Under the pieces are notes generated by a model. The model saw only the letters and a program-made list of their open reading frames with translations. It was not told the origin of the DNA and ran no database searches. From Gemmatimonadaceae bacterium (GTDB taxonomy: Bacteria; Gemmatimonadota; Gemmatimonadetes; Gemmatimonadales; Gemmatimonadaceae): a stretch of DNA of 64,000 nucleotides. The first letter of the stretch is position 1; every line of letters begins with the position of its first letter. The stretch spans positions 352,001-416,000 of the forward strand of contig JBHYGA010000001.1 in assembly GCA_051859245.1 (NCBI GenBank), given 5' to 3'. A program made the position numbers and the translations under genes. Of this stretch, positions 1 through 9,639 are shown one piece after another.

Positions 1-1516
1 ACTGCTTGATCACCGACCAATCTGCACCGGCCACGATCGGCGCAATCACGTGAATGCCTTTCCCGCCACTCAGCATCGGGAAACTCAGCACTCCGACGTC
101 TTCAAGCAGTGACGCCACGGTACGCGCGGCATCACGCACCGCAGAAAACCCGAGGGATTCGTCTGGGTCCAGATCAAACACAAGTCGTTCCGGATACTCC
201 ACCGAATCAACGCACGATCCCCACACGTGCCACTCCAGCGTGTTCATCTGCACACCGGCGATCAGTCCCGCAACATCGCGTACGAAAAAATACTGTTCTG
301 TGTCTCCGTTTTTCTCCGTGATGGCCACGCGTTGCATTGCTTCCGGAAACCCACCGCTGTCGTGCTTCTGAAAGAAACAGTGCTTGGCCCGACCTTGTGG
401 ACAGCGCAACAGGCTGAGCGGACGATTGGCAATGAACGGCAGCATGTGGTGAGCCACCGCGTCGTAGTATCCGGCGAGGTCCGCTTTGGAAACGCCCTGT
501 TCAGGAAAGACAATGCGATCCGGGCTGGTGAGTCGCTGATCCACGCGCGCGGCTGCGGCAACACCACGCGTGGAAAGGTCTTGTTTGTCGAGTGACACGG
601 CACGTGCAGCCTTGTCCTCGCGGAGTGCGACGAACGATGGGTGACGCAAGCGACCATCCGGCGTGAGCTCCGTGAACGCGATCTCTGCCACCAGATCGGG
701 CGTGACCCAACGCGCGCCTTTCGCGATCTCGCGCGGTACATCAGCGAAGGGGCTCGTTTTGCGCGATCGCGCATCGAGCTGTTGTTGCAACTGGTGCGAT
801 TCGTCAACGGTAAAGCCGGTGCCAACACGCCCTCGATAGCGCAGCTCGTCTGATTCCCACGTGCCAAGCAGCAGCGACGCGAACGTGTGCTTGCGTGCGG
901 ATGGCGTCCAGCCAGCGATGACCAGTTCCTGTCGCTTGCCGCACTTGATTTTGAGCCAGCTTGTCGTGCGCTGGTGCCTGTATCGATCAGTGGCGCGTTT
1001 GGCGATCACGCCCTCGTGTCCGTCGCGGCACACTGCATCGAACACCGCTTGACTGTTGCCGAGTACGTGCGTGGAAAATTGGATCGCGACCGTGGCTGAG
1101 CGCTCGCCCAGCAGGGCTTCGAGTCGTTCCTTGCGCTCGAGCAGTGTCAGCGCGGTGAGATCTTCGCCGTTTTCCTCGAGCAGGTCGAAGGCGAAGAATA
1201 CAAGCGGCGCGCCACCCTTCAGCGCGTCGGTCAGGGTGGAGAAATCTGCGCGACCATCCGGCGTGAGCGCACACACTTCACCGTCGATCAACGCCGTGCC
1301 TTGGGTGAGTGACGAAAATGGTGCGACAAGCGATGCAAACTTGTGCGTCCAGTCGTGACCGTTGCGGGTGTAGAACCGCACGTCGCGCCCGCTCACCGAA
1401 GCAACACAGCGATAGCCGTCGTACTTCAGTTCAAAGGCCCAGTCTACGCCCGCTGGAATCGTATCGGTCAGCGTCGCGAGCTGCGGGGCACGAAAAGCGG
1501 GCAGGGCGTTCGGCAT
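1..1516 (-). CDS. ligD: NHEJ DNA ligase D (ligase domain then primase-polymerase domain), runs off window start
   Basis: Not in the ORF track; translated by hand from ATG at 1516: MPNALPAFRAPQLATL...WAFELKYDGYR (ligase KxDG motif), ...DGRLRHPSFVALREDK (end of OB fold), ...FPMLSGGKGIHV (LigD POL motif). Start and end are in the same frame; lies directly behind Ku. Confidence 0.93.
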   Translation of the reverse strand, partial: MPNALPAFRAPQLATLTDTIPAGVDWAFELKYDGYRCVASVSGRDVRFYTRNGHDWTHKFASLVAPFSSLTQGTALIDGEVCALTPDGRADFSTLTDALKGGAPLVFFAFDLLEENGEDLTALTLLERKERLEALLGERSATVAIQFSTHVLGNSQAVFDAVCRDGHEGVIAKRATDRYRHQRTTSWLKIKCGKRQELVIAGWTPSARKHTFASLLLGTWESDELRYRGRVGTGFTVDESHQLQQQLDARSRKTSPFADVPREIAKGARWVTPDLVAEIAFTELTPDGRLRHPSFVALREDKAARAVSLDKQDLSTRGVAAAARVDQRLTSPDRIVFPEQGVSKADLAGYYDAVAHHMLPFIANRPLSLLRCPQGRAKHCFFQKHDSGGFPEAMQRVAITEKNGDTEQYFFVRDVAGLIAGVQMNTLEWHVWGSCVDSVEYPERLVFDLDPDESLGFSAVRDAARTVASLLEDVGVLSFPMLSGGKGIHVIAPIVAGADWSVIKQ

Positions 1517-1517
1517 A

Positions 1518-2375
1518 TCAACTGGTCTTCCGTTTGGCGGCTGTCTTGCGTGCCGTCTTCTTTACGGGTTTTGCTTTGCCGCTCGCCTCAAGGCTTCGCT
1601 TGAGTGCGGCCATGAGATCGAGCACTTTGGTTTCGCCACGCGCTGCAGTCGCTTCGCCACCGGATACGCTGACGCGCTTGCCCTTGCTTGCGAGCTTTTC
1701 GTCGATCAGCTCGCGCAATGCGGTTTGGTAGTTGTCCTTGAACGCTGCGGCATCAAAGGGCGCCGATTTTTTCTTGATCAGCGCGGTAGCAACCTCTACC
1801 ATTTCAGCATCGGCCTTCTTCGACGAAATCTGCGCGAAGAACGCGTCAGATTTCCGAATCTCGGTTTCGTAGTGCAGCGTCTCAAGCATGATGCCGGTGC
1901 CTGTTGGCTTGAGCGCCACCAGATACTCCTTACCGCGCAAGGCAAGCTGGCCGAGTCCAACTTTTTCAGACTCGCGAAGCGCATCACGGATGACACGGAA
2001 CGCATCTTCGGCCAGTTCGTCTGACGGCACCACGAAGTACGACTTGTCATAGTAGATGGGGTCGATCTCACAGGCCCCCACAAACTGCGTGAGTTCCAGT
2101 GTTTTGCGCGTTTCGAGCTTTACCGCGTTGATCTCCGCGTCGCTCAGCAGCACGTAGTCGCCTTTTTCGTACTCGAAGCCCTTCATGATATCGTCGCGAT
2201 CAACGGGGCCAATACCGGCCACCACCTTTTCGTAGTTGATCGGCTTGCCAGACGGTTCGTGGATCTGCCGAAACGAGGGTTTGGCATTGGACTTTGTGGC
2301 TGTGAAGAGCTCCACCGCGATCGACACGAGTGAGAGTCGAAGCTGTCCTTTCCAGATGGGTCGCGTTGGTGGCAT
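1518..2375 (-). CDS. ku: NHEJ Ku protein
   Basis: RPIWKGQLRLSLVSIAVEL, KGFEYEKGDYV, IDPIYYDKSYFV, DLMAALKRSL and a basic C-terminal tail. Confidence 0.96.
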   Translation of the reverse strand: MPPTRPIWKGQLRLSLVSIAVELFTATKSNAKPSFRQIHEPSGKPINYEKVVAGIGPVDRDDIMKGFEYEKGDYVLLSDAEINAVKLETRKTLELTQFVGACEIDPIYYDKSYFVVPSDELAEDAFRVIRDALRESEKVGLGQLALRGKEYLVALKPTGTGIMLETLHYETEIRKSDAFFAQISSKKADAEMVEVATALIKKKSAPFDAAAFKDNYQTALRELIDEKLASKGKRVSVSGGEATAARGETKVLDLMAALKRSLEASGKAKPVKKTARKTAAKRKTS

Positions 2376-2425
2376 GTCAGTTGTCTCGTCGCAAGTGAGA
2401 AGACCTTCGGTATCGGACTGCTCGA

Positions 2426-3472
2426 CTACAGCATTGCAATGACGGCGCTCTCAGACGCTCGTCCATAGTTCCGCGCGTACTCGACCTTGCGCTCCATCGC
2501 CTCGATCACGGTTCGCGTGAAATCGACCTTCTCAAACTCTTCAGCCGAGCCCAGGCCGCCGGGACTGAACACGTTGATCTCCATCAGCTTGTCACCAACG
2601 ATATCCAGTCCGACGAGGAACATGCCGTCCAGAACGAGCTTGGGGCGCACGAGATCAGCGATGCCGAGCGCCACATCGTCGATCTTGGCACGCTTCACCG
2701 TTCCGCCAGCGGAGATGTTGCTCCGCATGTCGCCTTCTGATCGTACACGACGGAACGCGGCAAATTTTCCATCCGTCATCAATGGCACGCCGTTCATGAG
2801 AAACATGCGTGTGTCACCCTTTTCGGCGGCCGGCAGATACTCCTGCGCCACGATGTAGCCATCACGACTGACGGCGTCGATCATCTGATTCAGATTGGAC
2901 GCATCTTCCGGTCGCACCAGAAACACACTCTGGCCACCGGAGCCCTGCAGTGGCTTCAGTACGATCTTTCCGCCTTCGCTCTTGGCGAACGCCTTGATAT
3001 CAGCGCGATCGCGGGTGATGATCGTGCGTGGGCGCACGGCTTCCGGAAAATCCTGGAAATACATTTTGTTGAGCGCGCCGAGCAGCCCATCGGGGTGATT
3101 CAACACTACAAGCCCTTGCCGCATCGCGCGTCGACAGAACACAACGCCCGCCTGAGCGGCCCAGGGCCGTTCAATGGCATCGTCCGATGGGTCACTGCGC
3201 AGCAGGACCACGTCGAGCTCGGACAGCTTGATGCGCTCGACTTCGGCCTTTGGGCCGCGGAGTGCAGCCAAATACGATTCGCCCGATGCGTATTTCTTGC
3301 CAGGCGCCGCATGTGCGCGGGCCATGATGCTTGCGTCGACATCGTAGCCGAAGTCGGCGACACCGATGTAATACGCCTCGTGCCCCATGCTCAGGGCGGA
3401 GAGGGCCAATCGTGTGGTGGTGTAGTTGTCGATTTCTGTTTCCAGCTCGTTCACAACAAAGCCGATCTTCAT
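2426..3472 (-). CDS. Glutathione synthetase-like (GshB family) ATP-grasp ligase
   Basis: LDVVLLRSDP, NKMYFQDF, VLKPLQGSGGQSVF, QEYLP...GDTR, RSNISAGG, GLDIVGDKLMEINVFSPGG; start overlaps the upstream stop (ATGA). Confidence 0.88.
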   Translation of the reverse strand: MKIGFVVNELETEIDNYTTTRLALSALSMGHEAYYIGVADFGYDVDASIMARAHAAPGKKYASGESYLAALRGPKAEVERIKLSELDVVLLRSDPSDDAIERPWAAQAGVVFCRRAMRQGLVVLNHPDGLLGALNKMYFQDFPEAVRPRTIITRDRADIKAFAKSEGGKIVLKPLQGSGGQSVFLVRPEDASNLNQMIDAVSRDGYIVAQEYLPAAEKGDTRMFLMNGVPLMTDGKFAAFRRVRSEGDMRSNISAGGTVKRAKIDDVALGIADLVRPKLVLDGMFLVGLDIVGDKLMEINVFSPGGLGSAEEFEKVDFTRTVIEAMERKVEYARNYGRASESAVIAML

Positions 3473-5424
3473 GGCGCGGTCTCGGTGAGAATTTGAATGA
3501 GTGATTGGCTTTGCCGCAGACGCTGCATTCTGGTCTCAGCGCCGAACGCCGTGAGAAATCGTGGGGTAATTCGTGGTGGTCGCAAATATTCGCGCCACCG
3601 CAGCTCCTGAACCGCTGGCACATCGGCAAGCGCGAGTTTTCCCAGCAACAAGGGTTCGAGTTCGCCGCCAGCGCGCAGATACGAGAGAAACTCCTGCAAC
3701 CCTCGCAGGTAAATCAGATCCTTGGTGAGTCCACCGCTGCGGTACACGCGCATGCAGATGGTGAACGCCGTGTTTGGCGCGAAATCGTATTCGTTGGTGA
3801 GCAGACGGTAGCAGTCAACAAACGGTGCGCCGTCCACGAGCGCACGTACGGCAATCACTCGTCCGGCCAGCACGCGAACGCGACTACCGGTGAGCGCACC
3901 GGTCAGATACTCCGACGTCACGGCGAGCCCTTCCTGCGTTTCTTCGTAGCCGGCCAACCCGCTCGCAAGCTGGCTCAGCGGCTGGGCAAGTCCGTTCGAG
4001 TAGGTGACCACGTGCGTGCCAATCTCATGCTGCACAAGCGCTCGCGCACGCGTTGGTGTAACGCGCAGTGAATGTCCAATCAGCAAGTCACCCTCAGACA
4101 CGAGTACGCCGGCCACATCGGTGCGAATGTGCACCCTGGCGTTCAGTCCGGCGTATACGCTTCGGTAGTGCGATAGCTCGTCTTCGGCCATCGCGGCAAA
4201 CCCCGTTGCGGTGACCACACCTTCCGTATCCGGCGCGTCATCGTCGTCATCGTCCGCACTCGTTCGCTCGGAAACGCGAAGCAGCGTGACCGCTAACTCG
4301 TGTAATGCGTCACTGACCTCGCCGTACACGGAAAGACTACCATACATAAATCGCGACGTGTTGCGGTCGCCCAGCATCGTGAGCTTCCGCGAGAGTTCAC
4401 CGCGACACGCTGACAAGAGATTGGCAAGCGTGGGGTCCTCAAGCTGCTCCAACGGAAGATTGTACAGTCGACGTTTGAGCGAGGCGACGTCAACGATGAG
4501 CGGTCGATAGTCAAACTCCGGATCGCGATCTGCTCCATCGCGCATGAACTGCGCACGCGCACGGTCGGCGTTCACCGGTGTGACTTGCAGCAGGAAGTCG
4601 AATGATCGCGAGATCTGTGTGAGCGCTGCATCGGCTTCTTGCACCGCACGCACCGCGGTGCGACGACCCAGTGCGTGAAAGTGCGACGGCTCGAGCGCCG
4701 TATGCAGTTGCACGAAGTGATACGCCGTTTGCCGAATGGCCAGCGACATGCCGCGCCGGAGCGTCTCGAACAACACCGGGTACGGTGTGCCGGTGCGCGC
4801 CTGCCGATACACGGGTTGCACTTCGATGCCAATCGCGGTGCAGCCACCGGTATGCTGTCGAACACACGTCAGGAGCTCACCCAGCGTGGGCGGAGACGGT
4901 GATCCGTGTGTGTCCACTTCAACGTCCAGCGGTGGTGGCCGCAGCGGTATGTTGCTGAGTGCCTTCCGCAATGCGCGTACGGTTGGATCGTCGGCCGGCA
5001 ACACGGGCGACACGATCCGAAATGTGGGGTCTGGTACTTTGCGCGCCGCGTCCACACCTTCGCGTCTTGTTTCGGCCGTCCATACTTCGAGCAGCAGAAA
5101 CTCGCCGAACTTCTCCACCATCACGTCGGCGATGGCGCTCACCAGTTGCTGAAGTCGAGCATGAAGCTCCAGGCTGCCTGGTGCAATCAGGTGGGAGGCC
5201 TCACCGATGATCATCTGCGACGTCGGGCCCACGGTATCCTGCGCCGGCTCGCGATACACACACAGAAATGGCAACGCGCGGTCAATGTGCAGTCGACCTC
5301 CTCCGGGGAGCGAACGACGCACACCATGCCCCTGTCGCAGCCGTTCACACACCTGCGCAATGAACGCCGGCGTGATACGCTGTCGCGCCGAAATCGAGTT
5401 GTTCGTGGTGGCGATGTCGGGCAT
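3469..5424 (-). CDS. QEGLA-motif (DUF1704, MATCAP-like) zinc metallopeptidase
   Basis: HEIGTH zincin-type motif followed by YEETQEGLA; RVYRSGGLTKDLIYLRG. Confidence 0.9.
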   Translation of the reverse strand: MPDIATTNNSISARQRITPAFIAQVCERLRQGHGVRRSLPGGGRLHIDRALPFLCVYREPAQDTVGPTSQMIIGEASHLIAPGSLELHARLQQLVSAIADVMVEKFGEFLLLEVWTAETRREGVDAARKVPDPTFRIVSPVLPADDPTVRALRKALSNIPLRPPPLDVEVDTHGSPSPPTLGELLTCVRQHTGGCTAIGIEVQPVYRQARTGTPYPVLFETLRRGMSLAIRQTAYHFVQLHTALEPSHFHALGRRTAVRAVQEADAALTQISRSFDFLLQVTPVNADRARAQFMRDGADRDPEFDYRPLIVDVASLKRRLYNLPLEQLEDPTLANLLSACRGELSRKLTMLGDRNTSRFMYGSLSVYGEVSDALHELAVTLLRVSERTSADDDDDDAPDTEGVVTATGFAAMAEDELSHYRSVYAGLNARVHIRTDVAGVLVSEGDLLIGHSLRVTPTRARALVQHEIGTHVVTYSNGLAQPLSQLASGLAGYEETQEGLAVTSEYLTGALTGSRVRVLAGRVIAVRALVDGAPFVDCYRLLTNEYDFAPNTAFTICMRVYRSGGLTKDLIYLRGLQEFLSYLRAGGELEPLLLGKLALADVPAVQELRWREYLRPPRITPRFLTAFGAETRMQRLRQSQSLIQILTETAP

Positions 5425-6216
5425 TCAGTCGCCTACCTGATGCAAGGACTGCTCCAGCTTGGGCACAAGCAGCGCCAGCGCGTCGCGAATCGCTCGAACG
5501 TGCCCGGGATACGGTTCGCCGGTCCACTCATCCATAAACGATTTGCGAAACTCGATCGAGATCGAGCAGGCGTGTTCGCGGAACGTGCGGTGCACCCACT
5601 GCGAGAAGTGGCCACCTTTGAACTTGACGTTCTCTCGGACGTCGAGCGTGCGGCCAAGCATGTCGACCGATCGCAAGTGTTGCACCACGCAATCCACCAC
5701 CGGTGCCCACCGAACACGATCCATGCTGCCCGTGCCAATGTTCACTTCCGGGTTGGATGCTTCGTCTGCTGGCGGCGCATCGACCCCATCACGACGATGG
5801 TTGTAGCTGTGCAGGTCCAACACCACGAAGTGCCCCCACTGCTGGCGCATCTGCTCCAATGTTTCGGTCGCCGCGGCGTAGAACGCATCGTACTGCGCGA
5901 GCGATTCGGCGATCATCTCCGGCGTCGGGGGTTCGCGCCAGACGCGCAGCCCCCATGCGTCCTCCGGCGTCTGATACACGGCTTTCTCGCGCGGTCGATT
6001 GAGGTCACATTCGAATCGTGAGCGCAGGCCGATCAGGCGTGTATCGACGACGTCGACCCACTGCGCCGTGTACGGGTCCTCTTCCCGCAGACGCTCCGGC
6101 TCGCTGAGTGCGATCGCGTCGCGCACGGTGTCGCGCAACGCGTGGCCGTCATGTATGGCGGCCGTGGCGACGGGAACGTCATGTCCGAGGTGAATAGCGA
6201 AGCTGTTCGTCACCAC
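5425..6216 (-). CDS. N-formylglutamate amidohydrolase family protein
   Basis: AAIHDGH, REEDPYT, SRFECDLNRP, VLDLHSYN, EVNIGTG, ENVKFKGG, SIEFRK. Confidence 0.88.
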   Translation of the reverse strand: MVTNSFAIHLGHDVPVATAAIHDGHALRDTVRDAIALSEPERLREEDPYTAQWVDVVDTRLIGLRSRFECDLNRPREKAVYQTPEDAWGLRVWREPPTPEMIAESLAQYDAFYAAATETLEQMRQQWGHFVVLDLHSYNHRRDGVDAPPADEASNPEVNIGTGSMDRVRWAPVVDCVVQHLRSVDMLGRTLDVRENVKFKGGHFSQWVHRTFREHACSISIEFRKSFMDEWTGEPYPGHVRAIRDALALLVPKLEQSLHQVGD

Positions 6217-6348
6217 AGAGTCGACACCGCCCGTAAGAACGTGTTCCCATGAGTGTGAGGCGTGTCACGAACGAAACTGTCGCCCTCGGGCTTCGGGAAC
6301 GGTTCAGTGCAACCTTCCGCATTGTCGTGGAAGCCGTATGTTAGAGCC

Positions 6349-6789
6349 ATGAGCGTTTTCGAAGGCCTCACCCGCCGGCGCTGGTTGCTCACCATGCTGT
6401 CCGCCAGTCTGAGCGTGGTTCCGCGCGCGCTGCGCGCGCTGCCTTCGCGTGCGCTGGCTGCGCGTGCGCGCACGGACCACCCAACGCCGCGACGTGGCAT
6501 CACGGGCGCCAGGGTGGCCACGCCGGCCATGCTCGACGGCGACGCTGTGCTGATTGAGCTCTTCGACGCCGTCAGGGCGATTCCCGCAGTGGTCGACGGC
6601 ATTCGTTGTCACTGCGGATGCGCTGACCTGCACGGGCACTATTCGCTGCTCACGTGTTACGAAGGCGCGAACGCGATGGCCCGGATCTGCCCGATCTGTC
6701 AGGGCGAGGGCCGTGTTGCCGTGCGTATGGCAAAAGCTGGTCGCTCGCTCGCTGATATCCGGATTGCGATTGACGCGCAATACGGCTGA
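6349..6789 (+). CDS. PCYCGC-motif family Cys-rich exported protein
   Basis: RCHCGC...HYSLLTCY...ICPICQGE...IRIAIDAQYG; N-terminal TRRRWL Tat-like signal. Confidence 0.72.
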   Translation: MSVFEGLTRRRWLLTMLSASLSVVPRALRALPSRALAARARTDHPTPRRGITGARVATPAMLDGDAVLIELFDAVRAIPAVVDGIRCHCGCADLHGHYSLLTCYEGANAMARICPICQGEGRVAVRMAKAGRSLADIRIAIDAQYG

Positions 6790-6823
6790 ACATGTGCTGA
6801 CTCACCGCCAAACGTCGAGACCA

Positions 6824-7732
6824 ATGCTTCGCCATCTGACCGCACGCCTGCTGTCGTTCAGCATCGCATTCGTTGTGCCTCCCTCTGCCGCCTCGGCGCA
6901 GATCAGAGCCAGCGAGTTGCAAAGCATCTCGCAGATCGTGGACGGCACGAAGGTGACCATCGAATACTCGCGACCACGTTTGCGCGGACGTGATGTGGTG
7001 TTTGGGACCCGCGCCGTGAAATGGGGCGAAGTGTGGACACCGGGCGCCAACTGGGCGACGACGCTTGAAACAGATCGCCCGATCATGCTGTCGGGTGTAC
7101 GCGTGCCCAAGGGCAAGTACGGGCTCTGGATGATCGTGCAGCAGGATTCGTCGTGGACCATGTTGCTCGATCCTGTGTGGCGACAGTTTCACATGGATCA
7201 CCCCAAGCCGTCTGATCGTCACATCAAGGTGACGGTGAAAGCGGATTCAACCGCAGCGTGGAGTGAGGAAGCGCTCACGTTTTCCTTTCCGTCGGTAACC
7301 GCGCGAGGGGCCACGATTGCCATGCACTGGCATCGCATGCGCATCAGCATGAACTACACCGTGGAGCCAACACTCAGCGAGATGCTGCCTGAGTCAGAAG
7401 CGGCGCCGTATCTTGGACGGTATGCGTTAACGGGCAATCCTCCCGACACGACAACGGCCGCGCTCATTGTCTCCTACGAGCGTGGCGGCTTGAAGGCGCG
7501 TTTTGAGCCGGAAGACACATACATGCAAACGTTTGCGCTCATGAAAGTAGCGCCTGGCATCTTCACTGCGGGCCTGTACATGGCCGCCGAGGTCTTTGCG
7601 GCGGGCGAAATCTACGAAGTGATGCGTCCTGACTTCATGCTCACGTTCGCGGAGAAAGATGGTGTCATGCAGTTCGAAGTGCGTGGCAGCAAAGATGAAC
7701 TGTATTTTTCAGGTCGTCGAGTCGCCAAATAG
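6824..7732 (+). CDS. DUF2911 domain exported protein
   Basis: Signal peptide, then QIRASE...VTIEYSRPRLRGR...VWTPGANWATT...GKYGLW. Confidence 0.8.
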   Translation: MLRHLTARLLSFSIAFVVPPSAASAQIRASELQSISQIVDGTKVTIEYSRPRLRGRDVVFGTRAVKWGEVWTPGANWATTLETDRPIMLSGVRVPKGKYGLWMIVQQDSSWTMLLDPVWRQFHMDHPKPSDRHIKVTVKADSTAAWSEEALTFSFPSVTARGATIAMHWHRMRISMNYTVEPTLSEMLPESEAAPYLGRYALTGNPPDTTTAALIVSYERGGLKARFEPEDTYMQTFALMKVAPGIFTAGLYMAAEVFAAGEIYEVMRPDFMLTFAEKDGVMQFEVRGSKDELYFSGRRVAK

Positions 7733-7777
7733 GCGCTCGCGTTGTCCAACGGATCTACCTCAAGGAACGAACCGCTC

Positions 7778-8401
7778 ATGTTGCGCACTTCGATGCTTGC
7801 CGCGCGTGTGTTGTCGATTATGACATTGGCAGTTTCAGCAACACTCTCACGTGTCCCTGACGCCGTCGCGCAGGCAGCGGCAGTACCGAAGGCCGCATCG
7901 CAGATTGCCGCCGCCACGCTTCCGCTCCCAGAAGCGATGCGCGCCAATGCAACGGTGCTTGGCTATCGTTCGGTCGGTCGTCTTGAAATTTTGCGGCAGG
8001 GCAATAACGGAATGACGTGTCTCGCGCACAATCCGGCCGACGTGGATCGGTTTCACGTGGCCTGTTATCACGAGTCACTCGAGCCGTTCATGGCACGCGG
8101 GCGTATGTTGCGCGCGCAAGGCATGAGCGCGTCGAAGGTGGATACCGTTCGCTTTGCGGAAGTGAACTCGGGCCAACTGAAAATGCCACGGTCAGGTGCG
8201 CTCTATTCACTGACCGGCCCGGCCGGAGATTTTGACGAGGCCAAAGTTGCTGCGCCAAAATCACGTCTGCTGTTCGTTGTCTACATGCCGGGCGCCACGC
8301 AGCAGTCCACAGGCTTGAGTACGATTCCGCTCGCGGGGCAGCCGTGGCTGATGCTGCCGGGCACACCAAAAGCGCACATCATGTTTACGCAGTCCATGTG
8401 A
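7778..8401 (+). CDS. Hypothetical secreted protein
   Basis: Signal peptide; co-oriented with neighbours; C-terminal PWLMLPGTPKAHIM. Confidence 0.65.
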   Translation: MLRTSMLAARVLSIMTLAVSATLSRVPDAVAQAAAVPKAASQIAAATLPLPEAMRANATVLGYRSVGRLEILRQGNNGMTCLAHNPADVDRFHVACYHESLEPFMARGRMLRAQGMSASKVDTVRFAEVNSGQLKMPRSGALYSLTGPAGDFDEAKVAAPKSRLLFVVYMPGATQQSTGLSTIPLAGQPWLMLPGTPKAHIMFTQSM

Positions 8402-8455
8402 TGTGATCACGTCCCGTGTGTTCGAGCGTATCGTGCAACACCAGTCGGTGTTGAC

Positions 8456-9601
8456 GTGACCACACACGTCGCGCGCTGGATTCACTGCGCCGCGCTGGCT
8501 GCGCTGGCGCTCGCTTCGATGAGCACGCAGGTCCAATCGCAGAACGCTCCTGCGGCGCCCGCACGTAACGCGGAGCCGCCGCTGCAGTGGCACAACGTGT
8601 CGGAGTGGGGGGTTGAAGGACGCGCGTGGCCGGCGCTCGAACGCAGGCGATGGTACGACCGCTTCCCGGCGCAGGCGGAAGCTACGGTCACGCCGGCCGT
8701 GTGGTCACTCAGCCGCCACAGTGCCGGCATGCTCGTGCGTTTCAAAACGAATGCTGATGCGATCTGGGCAAACTACACATTGTTGAACGCGCAGCTCGCG
8801 CTGCCAAACATGACGGCGATTGGGGTGAGCGGCCTCGATCTGTACGCGCGCGACGAGAACGGGAAGTGGCGATGGGTCGGCGTGACGCGGCCATCGTCCA
8901 AGGTCGTGCGCCAGCGCATGATCGAGCGATTGGCTCCAGGAACGCGCGAGTACGCCATCTACCTGCCGCTGTACAACGGTATCGACAGCTTGTCGATCGG
9001 GGTACCAGTTGGCGCATCGTTCGAGCGGATGGCGCCGCGCACCGAGCGACCGATTGTGTTTTACGGCACGTCAATCACACACGGCGCGAGCGCGTCGCGA
9101 CCGGGAATGGCCCACGTCGCCATTCTCGGGCGTCGCCTGGATCGGCCTGTTGTGAATCTCGGCTTCTCAGGCAACGGCCGGATGGACGCCGCTGTTGGCG
9201 AGTTGTTGGCCAAGGTCGACGCCGCCGTGTACGTGATCGACTGTCTGCCAAACATGGACGCAGCAGCGGTGACGCTCAAATGCGTTCCTCTGGTCAAACA
9301 GATCCGCGCCGCGCGTCCCAACACGCCGATCGTGCTGGTTGAGGATCGTCGGCAGACCAACGCGTGGATTCTGCCAACGCTCACCCAGTTCCACACCGAT
9401 AATCACGCTGCGCTGCGTGCCTGCATGGCTGCGTTGCAAAAAGACGGCGTCACTGGTCTGTACTACCTCACCGGCAATGAACTGCTCGGCGACGATGACG
9501 AAGCCGCGACCGATGGCTCGCATCCGAGTGATCTCGGCATGGTGCGGCAAGCGGACTGGTTTGAGCCGGTGCTGCGGAGGGTGCTCGCGGGGCGGAACTG
9601 A
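8456..9601 (+). CDS. SGNH/GDSL hydrolase with N-terminal GxDLY domain
   Basis: SGLDLY, FYGTSITHG (block I), NLGFSGNG, DGSHP; signal peptide. Confidence 0.88.
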   Translation: MTTHVARWIHCAALAALALASMSTQVQSQNAPAAPARNAEPPLQWHNVSEWGVEGRAWPALERRRWYDRFPAQAEATVTPAVWSLSRHSAGMLVRFKTNADAIWANYTLLNAQLALPNMTAIGVSGLDLYARDENGKWRWVGVTRPSSKVVRQRMIERLAPGTREYAIYLPLYNGIDSLSIGVPVGASFERMAPRTERPIVFYGTSITHGASASRPGMAHVAILGRRLDRPVVNLGFSGNGRMDAAVGELLAKVDAAVYVIDCLPNMDAAAVTLKCVPLVKQIRAARPNTPIVLVEDRRQTNAWILPTLTQFHTDNHAALRACMAALQKDGVTGLYYLTGNELLGDDDEAATDGSHPSDLGMVRQADWFEPVLRRVLAGRN

Positions 9602-9639
9602 CGACCTGCGTGCAGGCGAGTTCGCGATCCGTTTCCCCG

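Noticed and set aside
2426..3472. Assigning the symbol gshB
   Set aside because: Family match is clear, but the operon context and absence of gshA here leave glutathione synthesis unproven.
4906..6021. 371-aa plus-strand ORF
   Set aside because: Antisense shadow of the amidohydrolase and QEGLA genes; no recognisable motifs; expected at high GC.
6554..6823. Apparent long overlap of the DUF2911 ORF with the PCYCGC gene
   Set aside because: Signal peptide begins at ATG 6824; the upstream part is an open-frame artefact.
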